Below are positions 12,051 to 26,200 of a DNA stretch of 64,000 nt, piece by piece (within the stretch, counting starts at the first letter, position 1; every line of letters begins with the position of its first letter). Below the pieces are notes generated by a model. It ran no database searches. It saw nothing but the letters and a program-made list of their open reading frames with translations, and had not been told where the DNA came from. The position numbers and the translations under genes are program-made. Location: contig NC_092675.1 in the NCBI RefSeq assembly GCF_964355755.1, positions 4,211,812 to 4,275,811 of the forward strand, read 5' to 3'. This stretch comes from Antedon mediterranea. Lineage: Eukaryota > Animalia > Echinodermata.

Positions 12051-15000
12051 TTGACTTCAATGGCTTCAGATGTCATGTGGATGTCTTGAGGCAACGATGT
12101 AGATGCCCAATTGATACCAGCACAGAAATGTAGGTGCAAAATTCCTTAAAATTGTATAATCAACATTATGTTGTGAGGTATGCTTTGTATCTATTTAATG
12201 AGCAATAATGTTAAACTGAGCAACATGAATGTTAACTGGTACAGCCACTAATACTCTTCATGTATAAGAAAGTTAAATGGATGGAGTGTCCAAAGAATGT
12301 TTTCTCTCCTGAATTATATTATTATTTATAAACTGCCTTAAAGTTAAGTTCTATACAAGTAATGAAAGTGATATATTTGTATGTTTTAATAACACATTTT
12401 TCATCACAAATTTTAAAAACTAATTTATTTCATTTTACTTCTTTAGCTTCTTTATTTTATTGTTCATATTAATGATACCTCTGTTGCTCATTAATAATAT
12501 CAGAATTACTGTACACATAATAGATATTTTTCAGGTCTTTCAATTAATTAAAATATTATCAAATACAAAACATTTCTAGAATAAAATTGTTCTAGAGTAA
12601 ACCTTTATTAAATTTATCAGCCGCATTCCTGAATAAACGGGCAAAATTCAGGCCTACCGTGTTGAACAAAACATTTTGACTGTGCAATAGTGCCTTCATC
12701 AATAAAATCAGAAAAAATAATATGACATATGATATAAAATCAACCAATCAAATGGTGACGATACACTTTGTATCTTTATCAACATGCCATGTTGATGATA
12801 TTAAGTATCCCCACCTACCACTTGTAAGAATATTAAGAAATAATCTTTCCTTCTAATTCAAGTTAATCAACATCTGTCTCAATAATTTCCATCATTTTTC
12901 ATTTTCTATCAACAGTTTCATTTACAAATTGACTGTTCACTTCATTGTTTCCCTTTTCTAAATAAACATTATTTAATTTAGTTTAATAACTATTAACATA
13001 CTCATAATACTCATTATCTTCTGATAGTGTTTCTCCTGATTTTTAGTTACCTATTTTGGTAACTTTGTCCATAATATCACTCATCTTTTGGTAGCATTTC
13101 TCCTGATGTTTTCCATGAAAACTGTGTTTTCTCTATTAGTTTCCATAGTTTCTTTCTTCCATACTCTTTCTCACAAAGGCTTTTCTAAAAGAAAGGAAAA
13201 AACCGTTACTTAGTCAATTTTTATGCGTAGATAACGGTTAGCTAAGCAGTGGATTTTCAAGGTTATTGTGTAAGATGATTAGGATGTGATACTGTGATCT
13301 GAATTTGCAAACTTATTATTACTTACTACTTATTATTTTAACCATTCAGGAAGATTTGAATTTAAGTGTGAACTTATACCTTGATGCCAGTAGCAATCTT
13401 ACTTAATATGTTTTTCTCTATCACTATTTCCATTTATTCTATAAAAAAAATATTTCCAAACAACATCCTTTTTATGTTTCCCGATTTTCCATCAGTGAGA
13501 TTGAAAATACATTCTGCAATAGATAATTTGGTTTTTTAAAATAAAAACAAAATATAGGGAATGTGTTTTTCTTATATTAAATTATTAAAGTATATATTGC
13601 ACAGGAATTAACTGATTTACCACTACAAACATTATTTAATAATTAATTTATATAATAATTATATTTGTATAAATAAATGATTGTGATATACACATAAGGG
13701 TGTTCATACATATCACAGTTTAGTCGTTTCTCACTTGCGCCACAGCTAGGGATTCGCACACTCATCATCTAAATTTCCAATACCGTATCTAGTTACACGA
13801 CAGATAGACAAAATCTATTACGTGACTCTATGTTAATATTCTGCTTGCATTAGCAATCTGTATGTATACATAACATAGCTGTTCTAATGTGTAAAAATAC
13901 TAATAGCTGTAGCTGATTGTATTCGGTATTTCTATTTTATCAATTTATTTTGAAATATTAAAATATCAAAATTCTTCATTTCATCAAAAAATTGCTTTTA
14001 GATATGTACAGGATGATTAAATTTGAATTGTATTTATATTAAAACATTTTTGAAATATTGTTTCATTTTCATAAATATGGAATTCTAATTTTCACAAGAA
14101 TGATCTGGATTACATACTGTGTAATTTACATTGAATTGCAATCTGTCAGAATGCATAGAAATGATCACATCATCACTAAAATGATATAAATAAATAATAG
14201 TGATATATATATAATGCTGTTGAAACAATGATATCAAATTTGTATATTTTTTGACGAAAACCGACAATTGAAAAAAAAATTGATTTACTTCACTTTGCAA
14301 AAACATTACAATAGGACATTGTTACATGATAATTGAATAATATCGAAATTTACGGTAATCGTATCGTTTTTAATGTGTGTTCACATTTCATTTGATCGTA
14401 TCGTATTAGAATATAAAGCATGAAATAGCAATACTATGTGTTTACTTTGTGTTCACATTAAATTTTCCTAATCCTGGTTGATTTACACAAGATAGTTGAT
14501 ATAAATCTCTTGAATTTGTTTCAAGATCCCAATGCTATTCAATTCCAATTTTCATGTACATACTTTAATGCCGTTGAAGCAATTGAAAGCCATGTCACAT
14601 CACATGGATTTACTTGCAAGCACATTAAAATATACCTAATCAGCATTTACCTTTAAAATGTACTGAAATATTCCAAAATAACATTTTCTTTTCATGTAGT
14701 AATATTATGGATTTCAATATTTGTTTAAAAAAGATGAACTTATAGGTATTAATTTGAGCATGCCTGAATAATCTACATAATGGTTACTAAATTTGATAGT
14801 GTAATGATATAAATTCCAAAGCTTAGAATAGAATGAAACAATTAAATCCTACAATGCTTAATATTCATAACATATCCCTTGTTAATTACATATTTAATTA
14901 GTAATAGTACTGGGCTAATTATTCTCCATATCAATAAAATAGCATCTATGAATGAACTATTTAAAAAATGTAATCTAATCCAAGTTAATTAATTACCACT

Positions 15001-15387
15001 GATTTGGCCTTGTTTTCTTCAGATTTATATTGCTTCCTGCTTTTCACTTTAAAGGAATAAATTTGTTAACATTTTTTACAAACTTGGACATCAAGCACTT
15101 TGGTTCCACTGTGTTTTTTTGATAATCATTAGCTTGTTTTTATTTTAAAATTTTTCTTCTGTGTTGCCCTTACCGCTTACTGTTTTTGGCAATCCCGTTC
15201 CACCTCATCAAAGTTAATCATCATGATGGCATTTCATAAAATCTACAGCTACTGATTACAATAATGTAATTAGCTAGGGTTGAAATTATACTAAATATTG
15301 GTCTGACGTTTGTAAATAGGATGATGCAGTGCACCAGATGTACTATAAAGAACCAGTGCTATACAGATGTCACATCAACTTACTTAT

Positions 15388-15533
15388 AAGCTTGGTTCTC
15401 ACTAGGATGTAACTGATGTACAACACATGTAATTTGACCAATCACAGGCAATAGATCATCCTAACTATCACTTGTGATTGGTCAAATTATTTGCATTGCG
15501 TGTACATCCTACTTCCTAGTGGAAACCAAGCTT
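15388..15533. mobile_element. MITE family B, copy 1
   Basis: TIR AAGCTTGGTT(C)TCACTAG...CTAGTGGAAACCAAGCTT and internal palindrome TTGACCAATCACA...TGTGATTGGTCAA. Confidence 0.75.
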
Positions 15534-15575
15534 AAAGTCTATGATTAAAGTAATTTTCATTGCAAAATGATTGTG

Positions 15576-15947
15576 TCACTGTGTATGCCAAACCAGTACA
15601 TTTTGGTTCTTAAGCTCTGTCCACACTATCAAACTTTATGTGAAAAAACATTTGATGTGCCCATATATAGACATGATGGTCACTGTGTATGCCAAACCAG
15701 TACATTTTGGTTCTTAAGCTCTGTCTACACTATCAAACTTTATGTGAAAAAACATTTGATGTGCCCATATATAGACATGATGGTCACTGTGTATGCCAAA
15801 CCAGTACATTTTGGTTCCTAAGCTCTGTCTACACTATCAAAATTTATGCGACAAAAACATGTGGTGTGCCCATATATAGACATGATGATGTCATACCACT
15901 ACCATATTTGGGCACATCACACTAGTTTGTTAGTGTAGACAGAGCTT
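15576..15947. mobile_element. MITE family A, copy 3, with its left junction tandemly triplicated (~104-bp unit)
   Basis: TCACTGTGTATGCCAAACCAGTACATTTTGGTTCTTAAGCTCTGTCTACACTATCAAA occurs three times, followed by a single right TIR at about 15925-15947. Confidence 0.75.
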
Positions 15948-18900
15948 TACGTGTAACCAATTTTAGCAATTTGACCACCAAAATTTTAAATCCAGATTAA
16001 ATTATATCAAGTTAGCGATATCAGTTTATACGATGTGTCTCAGCTGTACAAAGATATATTTGTATTCCCTGTAATATGAATCACAGTTAGTTTATTTAAG
16101 GAAATTGATATGGTCTTTCTGATTGACTGCATCAATTATGATTTCAAATTGATATGGTCACTCTGAATTGACCATATCAATTATTCTCAATTTGTTAGTT
16201 AGCAAGATTGATCTTTTACTTAGTCACCCAGAATTCAAAACACAGACTGATGGATCAATACGTACTACTACTTACAACTTATTTTGAAATGTATGTTGAC
16301 TGTTTCAGTCAATGTAATTAAGTGTACCCTATACACACCCTGTGATCCAATCACACCTAACCCTTACATTTGATTTTGTATGAGTTTATTACCCCAATAT
16401 TACTTTCCAAACATGAACCCATAGTCTTAACTAATTAGCTTTTTAAATCCTTAAAATGCTTTGCATTCTTGATAAAGTAAGCTGCGACAAAAATTTCATA
16501 TCTGAGACATGGTACAGTTATATTTTAATATTACATTGTATAGCAATAGTATTAAGAGCCTATAGTGTTGGTAGCTAATTTATTATTTTCAATCTTTTAT
16601 ACACATTTCAATAAATTTCCATCAGTCAAAATTTAATTAAAAATCTTCTAATTATAGTACCCTTGTAATCTTGATGGAACAAATACCCAGCTAGCCTACT
16701 GCGAAATGTCAATACTGATGTTTTGTTTGTTTTTTTATTAATGAGACCCTTACTATTAATATGTCTTCGTAAACAATAACATTTCCAATACACGTTTCCC
16801 ATCAATTCCCATCAATAAAAAAATGTAATTAATATACTAGCTAATATAGTACATAATAATCTTGCCGAGCCACTATCAAAGGCAACTTCATGATGTAGTG
16901 TTTGTTTTTAATAGAGCAATGTATAGAGACCTTTATTTAGAACTTATGTGTCCCTTTAAATAGAACATTGTCAATGTATCTATGATATTAGAAACTGCGT
17001 AAAATGTCTTGTCAAGCTACTATCAAAGGCAACTTCATGATGTACATTGAACTTATGTGTCCCTTTAAATAGAACATTGTCAATATATCTATGATATTAG
17101 AAACTATTGCAATCTGTGTCAAATTTCTTCAGCAACTGTTCTGTTTGTTTTATCCAATTATTATCTCTTGTGTTTATCTTATGGAATCCTCATTGATCAT
17201 CTTCTGATAACTCGTTGAAATTATCTTTATAAACTGCAGGGATGCAATTTCGGCGGAACTGACGCATTAGATCACATTGTACCTACGGATATCAATTATT
17301 GATGTCTTGTAACAAAATTGAATGAGATGAACTTTTTATGTTCTAGATGAAACATGTTTAACTTGATCTGCACAATAATCCTTGATTCTGATTTTTAAAG
17401 CAATTGTCTTTAACCTGAATCGGTCTTTGCAGAGTTCTGATTTATTTTTTTTAGAAGAACTCTTTTTAGTTATTTCTGTTGAATAATTTCAATTACAAGC
17501 TTTTTCCTGTTATCGACCTAGATCTGTTTGTCTTTCTCACTTGTTTAGTTGTAGGATGATTGGATATAGTAACTGTTATCAAAACCATCGTAGCTACATT
17601 TTGAAATTTAATTTTAAAGTTTTGTTTATTAAACCTCATGGTATTAGGTTTTGAACATTTTCATTTCTGATTCCTTTTTTATGTTTCTTAATCACCCAGG
17701 CCTACCGTTGCCACTTATTTATTTCCTCTCTCATTATCACCTGCTTTTTCATCTGAACCCTATAACAATATACACACATCCAAATTATAAGTATTCTTAT
17801 CTAGCGTTATTTTCTCCAATTACTAACAAAGATAAAATCAAGATTATATTTTACTTTAAAGACTGAATTTTACTTATTTTGCACTCAAGTAATATTACTA
17901 CCTCGTTTTATTAACTTTATTCATTTTGGATTAATTTACAATTTAACGTTATTATCTAACATATTACAAATGAAACATTTTCCAACGTGAATCATTTTCT
18001 ATCGCACCCGTTAATTCAAACTAAACGTGTTACTGTAATTCAATATTTGCTTTATTTACTAATGCATATTGTATAATGTAAATTGGATTTTGCACATATT
18101 TTTTTCCAGGATAGATAACTGTTATTTATAAACTTCAGCAACAGAGGTGTCAAAATAATATTTTACAGGCATAAAAATCTATAATAGAAAATTAATTATT
18201 TTAAGCCATTCTTTTTCGATTGTTGTATAATGTTACTATAATAACTACATTTGTATGATATTATTTATCTTGAGAAAAACTATAAAACTCTTACACTCTT
18301 ATACACATTCTACAGAATTCTATCACACACACACACAGCTTTTAAAAGAATGTTTGTCAGTTTTATCCAGCATATAAATAGAAAAGATATCCATTGGCAT
18401 ATAGAGAATGATTGGTATAGAAGAATTTGGTATAGAATGATAAGTTTAAATACTGCGTTTATATAAGCAAGACATACTAATTTATTCATAAATAATTCAA
18501 CTGGACAGTCAATAATGCTACCTGTTGTGAAAGGAATAGATAAAATAGATTAAACAAATTAGAAATGATGTACATGTCTTTGTCCAATTAAAGGTAATAT
18601 TTGAAAATGGATTGGCATTACATCTGGGAGAACAATTATCTAAGGGCACTATATTTTTGTGTAAATTATTTGAATTCAGTAAATTATTGAGGGCAGACTA
18701 TTGAGCAGTAAATAATACAAATATATATTTGTAATTAATTTAAATAATAGTTAATTATATTGTTGGATATTATTACCATAGTGGTGCAGGTTTAAGCCCA
18801 GCTTGGGATAAAAAAAAAACCACCGCAAACATACAAAATGGTCAATGTCTACTACACTACATTTTTGTTTATCAAATATAAGCCTACCCCAATTTAGGCT

Positions 18901-19829
18901 TTTTTCCGAGACGGTCTCGTACTATTTCAAACAATATATTTATTGAAACTTTCAATGCCTTTACTGAGGCTGAGAGTGAGTTTTAAACAGTTTAATACCA
19001 ATGTTATATAAATTCACGTTTTATATATAAAAAAATATAAATGTTTATTTCTTTTAATACCATTAAAATGCATATCAGAATGTTTTAATATGTTATTTTT
19101 TTTGTTATTCAAAATCCAAATGTTTGTTTTAGTAGTAGTACATCTTTTAAACAAGATATTTATTCTTTAAAAAAAAAAATAATTTCAGCTTCAGCATGTT
19201 GTTATTTTCAGTGACTTCGTCCTGAGTACCATATTCTTATTGGGTCATAAACTCTTATTTGTCTGTGCATAATTATTTTAAGGTTTTATTACGTATTTTA
19301 TTCATTTATTCATTTGCTATTAATTAGAAATACTTGTGTATGTATGATTCACTTATTTTAAAAAATTGTAATTGCTATACTGTGGCATTTCATTTGATAG
19401 AGTATGAATGAGTGAGGAAGAAAGAGTGAGTGTAAACAGTTTAATACCACCCAGGATAATAAAATGTATATAATGTATAAAAAAACTGTTGATAAAATTA
19501 GTTGACTAGAAAGTATAGACATAGTAAAATTCTTTGTATTTAGATGATATAAATTCACTATAAAAGTGAATATTCTTTTTTGTATAATTCTCTGTTTGTA
19601 TAAATATGTACAATTTTACGTTGTACACGTAAGTTAATGTGGTTTTTGGAATTGCAAACAATATAGGTCGTTTCCACTGTAAATACGTTTGTATAAAAGA
19701 CAAAAATACAAACAAAATACGAGCCGTGAGGCAGTTTAAAAGGTTATTAAAAATGTTTGTTTACCTTTAATATTTGATTTATTGTTTGTATCTTTTTTTA
19801 TAATTTTTATTTACGCACATATCCTTTTT

Positions 19830-21740
19830 AGGCCATAATTATCCCATGACACTAGGCCTATATGATGATGATGATATGGTACTATACGTGCACATATAGC
19901 AATATTAGTGTATATTAATTGGATTTCAAAAAGGTCCAAATTTACTATAGTACAGAGATTTTCTCAAAAAATATTTTTATTTTTCGACATAAAGTGGTCC
20001 CATAACACTATAAGATGATGATATGGTACTATACGTGCACATATAGCAATATTAGTGTATATTAATTGGATTTCAAAAAGGTCCAAATTTGGGTAATTTT
20101 GCAAAAATTCCTGTACTCGACTCAACTCCACTTTTATTTCAGACAATTGTCCATATGGTATAATACATTACAAAGAAAACAGCAAAAATAATATTAGTAT
20201 TTAATGTAATATTAGTACCGGGATTTTCTAGAAAAATTACCAAATTTTGACCTTTTTATTTTTTGACATAAAGTGGTCCCATAACACTATAATATATAAT
20301 GATATGGTACTATACGTGCACATATAGCAATATTAGTGCATATTAATTGGATTTCAAAAAGGTCGAAATTTCGGTGATTTGCAAAAAATCCCTGTTCTAT
20401 AGTACAGGGATTTTATCGAAAAATGATAAAACTTTGACCTTTTTATTTTTCGGAATAAAGTGGTCCAGTGACACACTATATGATGATGATATGGTACTAT
20501 TCATGCACATATAGCAATATTAGAAAAATAAAAAAAAAATAAATAAATAAAGTTATTGCATAATAAACATGCGCAGAGACAAATAATGGGTTCTGCGCAT
20601 GTCAATTGTGCTATAGTAACCAATTTAGACATAAATGGTTACTATAGCATAATAAACATGCGCAGAGTCGAATAATGGGTTCTGCGCATGTCAATTGTGC
20701 TATACAGTGTTTTATCGAAAAATAAAAAGGTCGAAAATTGGCCATTTTTTTGAAAAAATCCCTGTACTATAGTACAGGAAAATTTTTGAAAAATGGCCGA
20801 TTTTCGACCCATTTATTTTTTGACATAAATGGTTACTATTGCATAATAAACATGCGCGGAGACAAATAATGGGTTCTGCGCATGTCAATTGTGCTATAGT
20901 AACCAGTTTTGACATAAATGGTTACTATAGCATAATAAACATGCGCAGAGGCGAATAGTGGGTTCTGCGCATGTCAATTGTGCTATAGTAACCAGTTTTA
21001 TCGAAAAATAAAAAGGTCGAAAATTTGCCATTTTTTGGAAAAAATCCCTGTACTATAGTGCAGGAAAATTTTTGAAAAATTGCCGACTTTCTACCCATTT
21101 ATTTTTTGACGTAAATGGTTACTATTGCATAATAAACATGCGCAGAGTCGAATAATGGGTTCTGCGCATGTTAATTGTGCTATAGTAAGCAGTTTTATCG
21201 AAAAATAAAAAGGTCGAAAATTGGCCATTTTTTGAAAATTGCAGGAATTTAAAAAAAAATGGCAAATTTTCAACCTTTTTATAGTGAATATTAATTGGAT
21301 TTCAAAAAGGTCAAAATTTAGGTGATTTTACAAAAAAATTCTGTACTGTAGTACAGGAATTTTCTCGAAAAATGATCAAATTTCGATCTCTTTATATTTC
21401 GACGTAAAGTGGTCGCATCGCACTATAAGAGGATGATATAGTACTATACGTGCACATATAGCAATATTAGTGCATATTAATTGGATTTCAAAAAGGTCGA
21501 AAATTTGGTAATTTTGCAAAAAATACCTGTATAGTACAGGGATTTTTTCTATGACATCATAAGATGAGGACAAAACAATATACATCTACATATATAGCAA
21601 TATTAGCACATTTTGTATTTTTTTAAATAAACTCCCTGTACAGCGATTTTGTCGAACGTTTGGCAAATGTAGACCCTTAAATTTGACATAAGTTGGTCCT
21701 ATCACACCAGGTTGGCGTTCGTGTACATATAGTAATATAA
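19830..21740. repeat. Composite A-B-A satellite built from imperfect palindromes
   Basis: A units contain GATGATATGGTACTATACGTGCACATATAGCAATATTAG. B units contain GGTTACTATAGCA..CATGCGCAGA..TCTGCGCATG..TGCTATAGTAACC. Both share the core CCTGTACTATAGTACAGG. Confidence 0.85.
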
Positions 21741-22479
21741 AAGCATATTATTTACTTCTCAAAAGTAATTAAACCTATTACCTATGGCTCACGATTTTGT
21801 ACAGTTTGCAAATTTCAGAAAAAAAGGTTTATGAATCATTGCCCTACCCAAAAATGCATAATTTAGGAGTGGGGTGGCCAGACATGGTTTTACGAAATGA
21901 CTACAAATGACTTTAGAAAAAAATAAAAAATAAACCCACTCAAAATCATATATGATAGAGGATGTCATCGGTTATAATAAATTAAAAGTAAATGAAGTAA
22001 AATCGATGACAGTAGCATTTAGATATTTGTAAAAATTGAGATTATTCTAGCTATTAACCCTGAAAATACCAGCTGGCGCTACATAAAGGTCGCTACCTGC
22101 CTGTTGCCCACCACTTGTAGGCGACATTTATGGCAATACTGTTAACAGTTAATATTCTAGTAAGCAGCATTGTATTTAACAGAAGTTGGGGCTTGTTCAT
22201 ATACAACTTGCACTATTCGGTAGTATAAAATAACACAGCCGATTCCCACACGGTACTGTCTATAGAGACAATATTGTAAAGATATTTGGATAATTAATAG
22301 CTTTATGTTCGACCGATAGGTTCACCACATACAGTAGTTTACATGTCGTGTGTTGAAGGGAGTTTGACGTCTTGTAGGATAAATGGTTTTGGTATTAGGA
22401 GGGCTCATATCTGAATAAGAAATAGGGCTTATGTTATATAGTTTTTATTTTTACTTGTGACCCACTGCCATTCGGAATT

Positions 22480-22870
22480 CCTCGGTATCGCCCAATCACA
22501 GTCATATACAAATTTTGCACGTCAGCTGCTGTAATTGCGTGTAACTTTTGTTGATTTTCTTACAATTATGAATTATAGTTATTGGTAAGTCACGATCAAG
22601 TAATATATCTTAATACGCTCTCAACTTTACAGTGCTAGTTATCAGTATTTTAAGTAGAATCGTTTTGAATTCGTGTCATTCATTGAAATTGATTCTGTAA
22701 TTAATGCTCGGCTTTTCAAGAGGCGCAGGCTTTTAATCGATTATAAGCCAATCAAGATACGCCTCTCTTTTCATTAAAATGACGCGCATGATTTTTGTCC
22801 AATCGCATTCTCTGTTACCTCGGTGTTGCTTGGTAATGGTATGAGCCAATTTCAGCAACCAACTTATTAT
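22480..22870 (+). promoter_or_regulatory. Putative promoter of the nAChR-like gene (CCAAT cluster)
   Basis: Four CCAAT boxes at about 22492, 22748, 22799 and 22846, with locally raised CpG, 350-700 bp upstream of the predicted signal-peptide exon. Confidence 0.35.
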
Positions 22871-23201
22871 TAGTATTACAATTGCAGTCTATTCGCACCT
22901 CCTCAAAAACTGACAACGTTTAAACGGTTGAAATGAACACGCTATGGAAACATAGGAGGAATTAATTCCACAGATGGAAGTTTACATGGATACAAATTAA
23001 ATGTCATGATTCGGATGTATTCGATTTTAATTTTCTAAGTTACGTGTATGCACTTTGTTGTTAATGAAATTACTTGACTGTGGAATAAAATGAACTTTGT
23101 AATTACAGAGGCTGGTATGTGAACTGGGGTATGTCATTTTGTGAATCATACGAGAAGTTATCATTATTTATATTGGATCGACGACAACGTTAATTTGTAT
23201 A

Positions 23202-26200
23202 ATGTGGTTATTTAGGACATTTTGCCTGATAGTAATCGGGAATAAAGGTAAGATCCTGAAATTGTAATTTAACTTACTTTTATGAGTAAATGTTGGAAAC
23301 GCTGTACCTAATCTGGGCACTAGGCTACACCATATTTATTCTCTTACATTCTAACATTAATTCCTATTTCATTTACCGTCTTATACTGTATCGTACTAAA
23401 GCGCTATAATTTTTTGTTATTACTCACAATATATTCATTCATTTCATAATATTCATAACTTAACATATACAGCACATCTTCTTAAATGTTAAGTTCTAAA
23501 CTCTAAAGCGCTATAATATAGTACATGGTATTTTGTACTGTGTATAACATAATCAACTCTAATGTTTAAGCAGTGACATCTTCAAAATGTGTTCATACAG
23601 TTCACTCTTGACTTTACCGTTGTAACAACAAATTATAAGCAAACTTACTTAACGTTTCGAAAGAAAGAAAGAAATCTTTACCTATTGTAAAACCAGATGA
23701 AACTTTTTCAAAAATATCCCTGACTGATTTTGATTTTGTTTAAATGTATTATTCATTGTTAAAGGTGTTTTTATTTATTCACTTATTGTATATATTTTCC
23801 TAGTACGTCATTTTATAATTAGGCATGTTAATATTGATATCGATAAATCAGACGTTTTTCTTTAATTGTACTGAACTTATATAATGTTGATGCAGAGCCG
23901 ATTGTTTCCTTGGTCTCAATCTAACCCTTAGCCAGTTGTCTACTGATATGGACTCGTTAGAGGCTAGTAACGTAAAAGGTGTGAGTTCGATTCCAAGAAG
24001 GAACATCTTAAATATGTGGAATCAGTCTTTTTAGTATATTACATCAAAATTGGGAAAAACGTATTCAACTTAACTTCCTGGTGAACATTCGATTTTAATT
24101 ATAGTATCATCACAATCTTTCCAAAATATAATTATCTGTATAATTTATACAAATCAAGACAGATCGACAGTTTCAGATGGAAAATAATTCCATACGTCAT
24201 CAAAATTAAACTTATTTGCGTTATCACATCATATTATTTATACGTAAAGTACCTCCGTCAGCGTAAGTAACTCTTACCCAACCCTACGTTATCTTAACGT
24301 TAGTTAATACTAATCTATAATCTAACCCCATCTAACGTTCTATAATAATTGTTTTGTTTAGGTTTCACCTCGATATGTCCGTGTTTCTGTTAACACAGCC
24401 AGCCTGATCGTTTATTAAAACGAGCTATGGGGTTTTTAACAAATTACAATATAAGTTTATACCCGATCTTTATCCTTATGGCAGTTCTAAGTAATTTATT
24501 CGATTATTTACGGTAATTGTTTTATTTTTTTGATTTTATATCGAAAGATTAAAACATAGTGGATAACACTAGTATCGATACTAAGTTGTGTCCCATATAA
24601 CCAATAATACAATTGTTTATGCGTCCGATAAAATAAACTTTCGCAATGATGTTGATAGCTTCAGCTCTTTAGATTAAGCGTCCTTGTTCAGGAGATTTCA
24701 CAATGTCAATATTGGTAAATAAATTGTCATTTACACAACATGTTGTCACAAGTACCAATCTAACGAGCACCCACGCGTCAGTGATATACACGGTGGCAAG
24801 CATAAGACAACATATTACATACAACAATATTTTTATCGTTATGGGTTGGTGGAAAATTGAATAATATAAACGATGACTAGTCTATCTATATTCAAATAAT
24901 ATATAATCTACTTTGACAGCATTGTCTGAAAATAATACCAAAACTCAGTATCGTGGCTATATAATAAACACAGTTAACAACCATATAAAGCTTGGTTCTC
25001 ACTAGGACGCAACGCAAGGACGTAGACACAACGTAAAGCTTGGTTCCCACTAGAACGTAACGCAAGGACGTAAACGCAACGTAAGTGAGTTGACCAATCT
25101 TAAGCGATGGATTATTCGAACTGTCGCTTGTCATTGGTCAACACGCTAGCGTTTCGTTTACATCTTTGCGTTGCGTCCTAGTGGGAACCAAGCTTAAGGA
25201 GTGTAAAAGTCACCGCATCCTAAAGTTACTCTGGTATCCAGTCTATATTCGATATCGAAGGCTCTGTAAGTCTGCCTATCACAAATAATCTGTTGGAATT
25301 GATTGGGAATAGAGAGACAACAGATTGCTAGATTGACTGTAATTTTCCAATTACAGCAACGCATCCTTATTTTAGTCTTATTTTTTGGAGGCTAAATAAT
25401 TACAATGTAAGTTAAGTGCCATTATGGCCACTTCAGCTAACACTAAACGTCATTCTACTTATTGCAAACGTTAAAGATCTACTCGCTTAATAAATTAAAA
25501 AATACAGATAAAATCTATTGAAGTGTTCAATTTAATAATTTAAGAACAAAACCACAAACAAATTATAAGTTTAGGTTCCTCAGCCTCAACCACGGTGGGT
25601 CTGAGTTGGATCAGGTAGGCATATATCTGTTCAATCCCAGCCTCAACCACGATGGGTCTGAGGTGGATCAGGTAGGCATATATCTGTTCAATCCCGGCCT
25701 TAACCACGGTGGGTCTGAGGTGGATCGTAGGCATATATCTGTTCAATCCCGACCAGAAGATTTTTAAAGAGTGCGATTTCCGGGCATCTAGATGTCCATA
25801 TTATTTCCTAAACTTTTCTCACCTAAGCCTCAGCCACGATGAAGCTGAGATAGGCTTATATTTATCAATTTTATCCCAACCCGAAGAATTTTATAAAGAT
25901 GGAATTTGGTATTAAATCCTATCTTTCCCTTTTCTTTCTTTTTTCTTTGCCTATTTTTTCTTCTTTTCCCTCCCTTTTCCTCCTTTCTTTCCTCCTTTTC
26001 TCCTCCTTTTCTCCCTCTTTTCCTTCTATTTCCTCTTCTTTCTTCTTTTCCCTACCTTTTCCCACTTCTGTCCTCTTCTTTTTCCTTTATTCCTATTCAT
26101 TCTTCTCCATTATCCTTTTTTTCTCTGTTTTTCTTCTTTTTTATATCTATTCTTCTTTTTTCTTCTTTAATCTTCTTTATTCTTTTAGATTTTTTTTCCT

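Noticed and set aside
23895-24005. tRNA gene (GTGAGTTCGATTCC B-box-like motif)
   Set aside because: No consistent cloverleaf can be drawn. At most a decayed SINE head.
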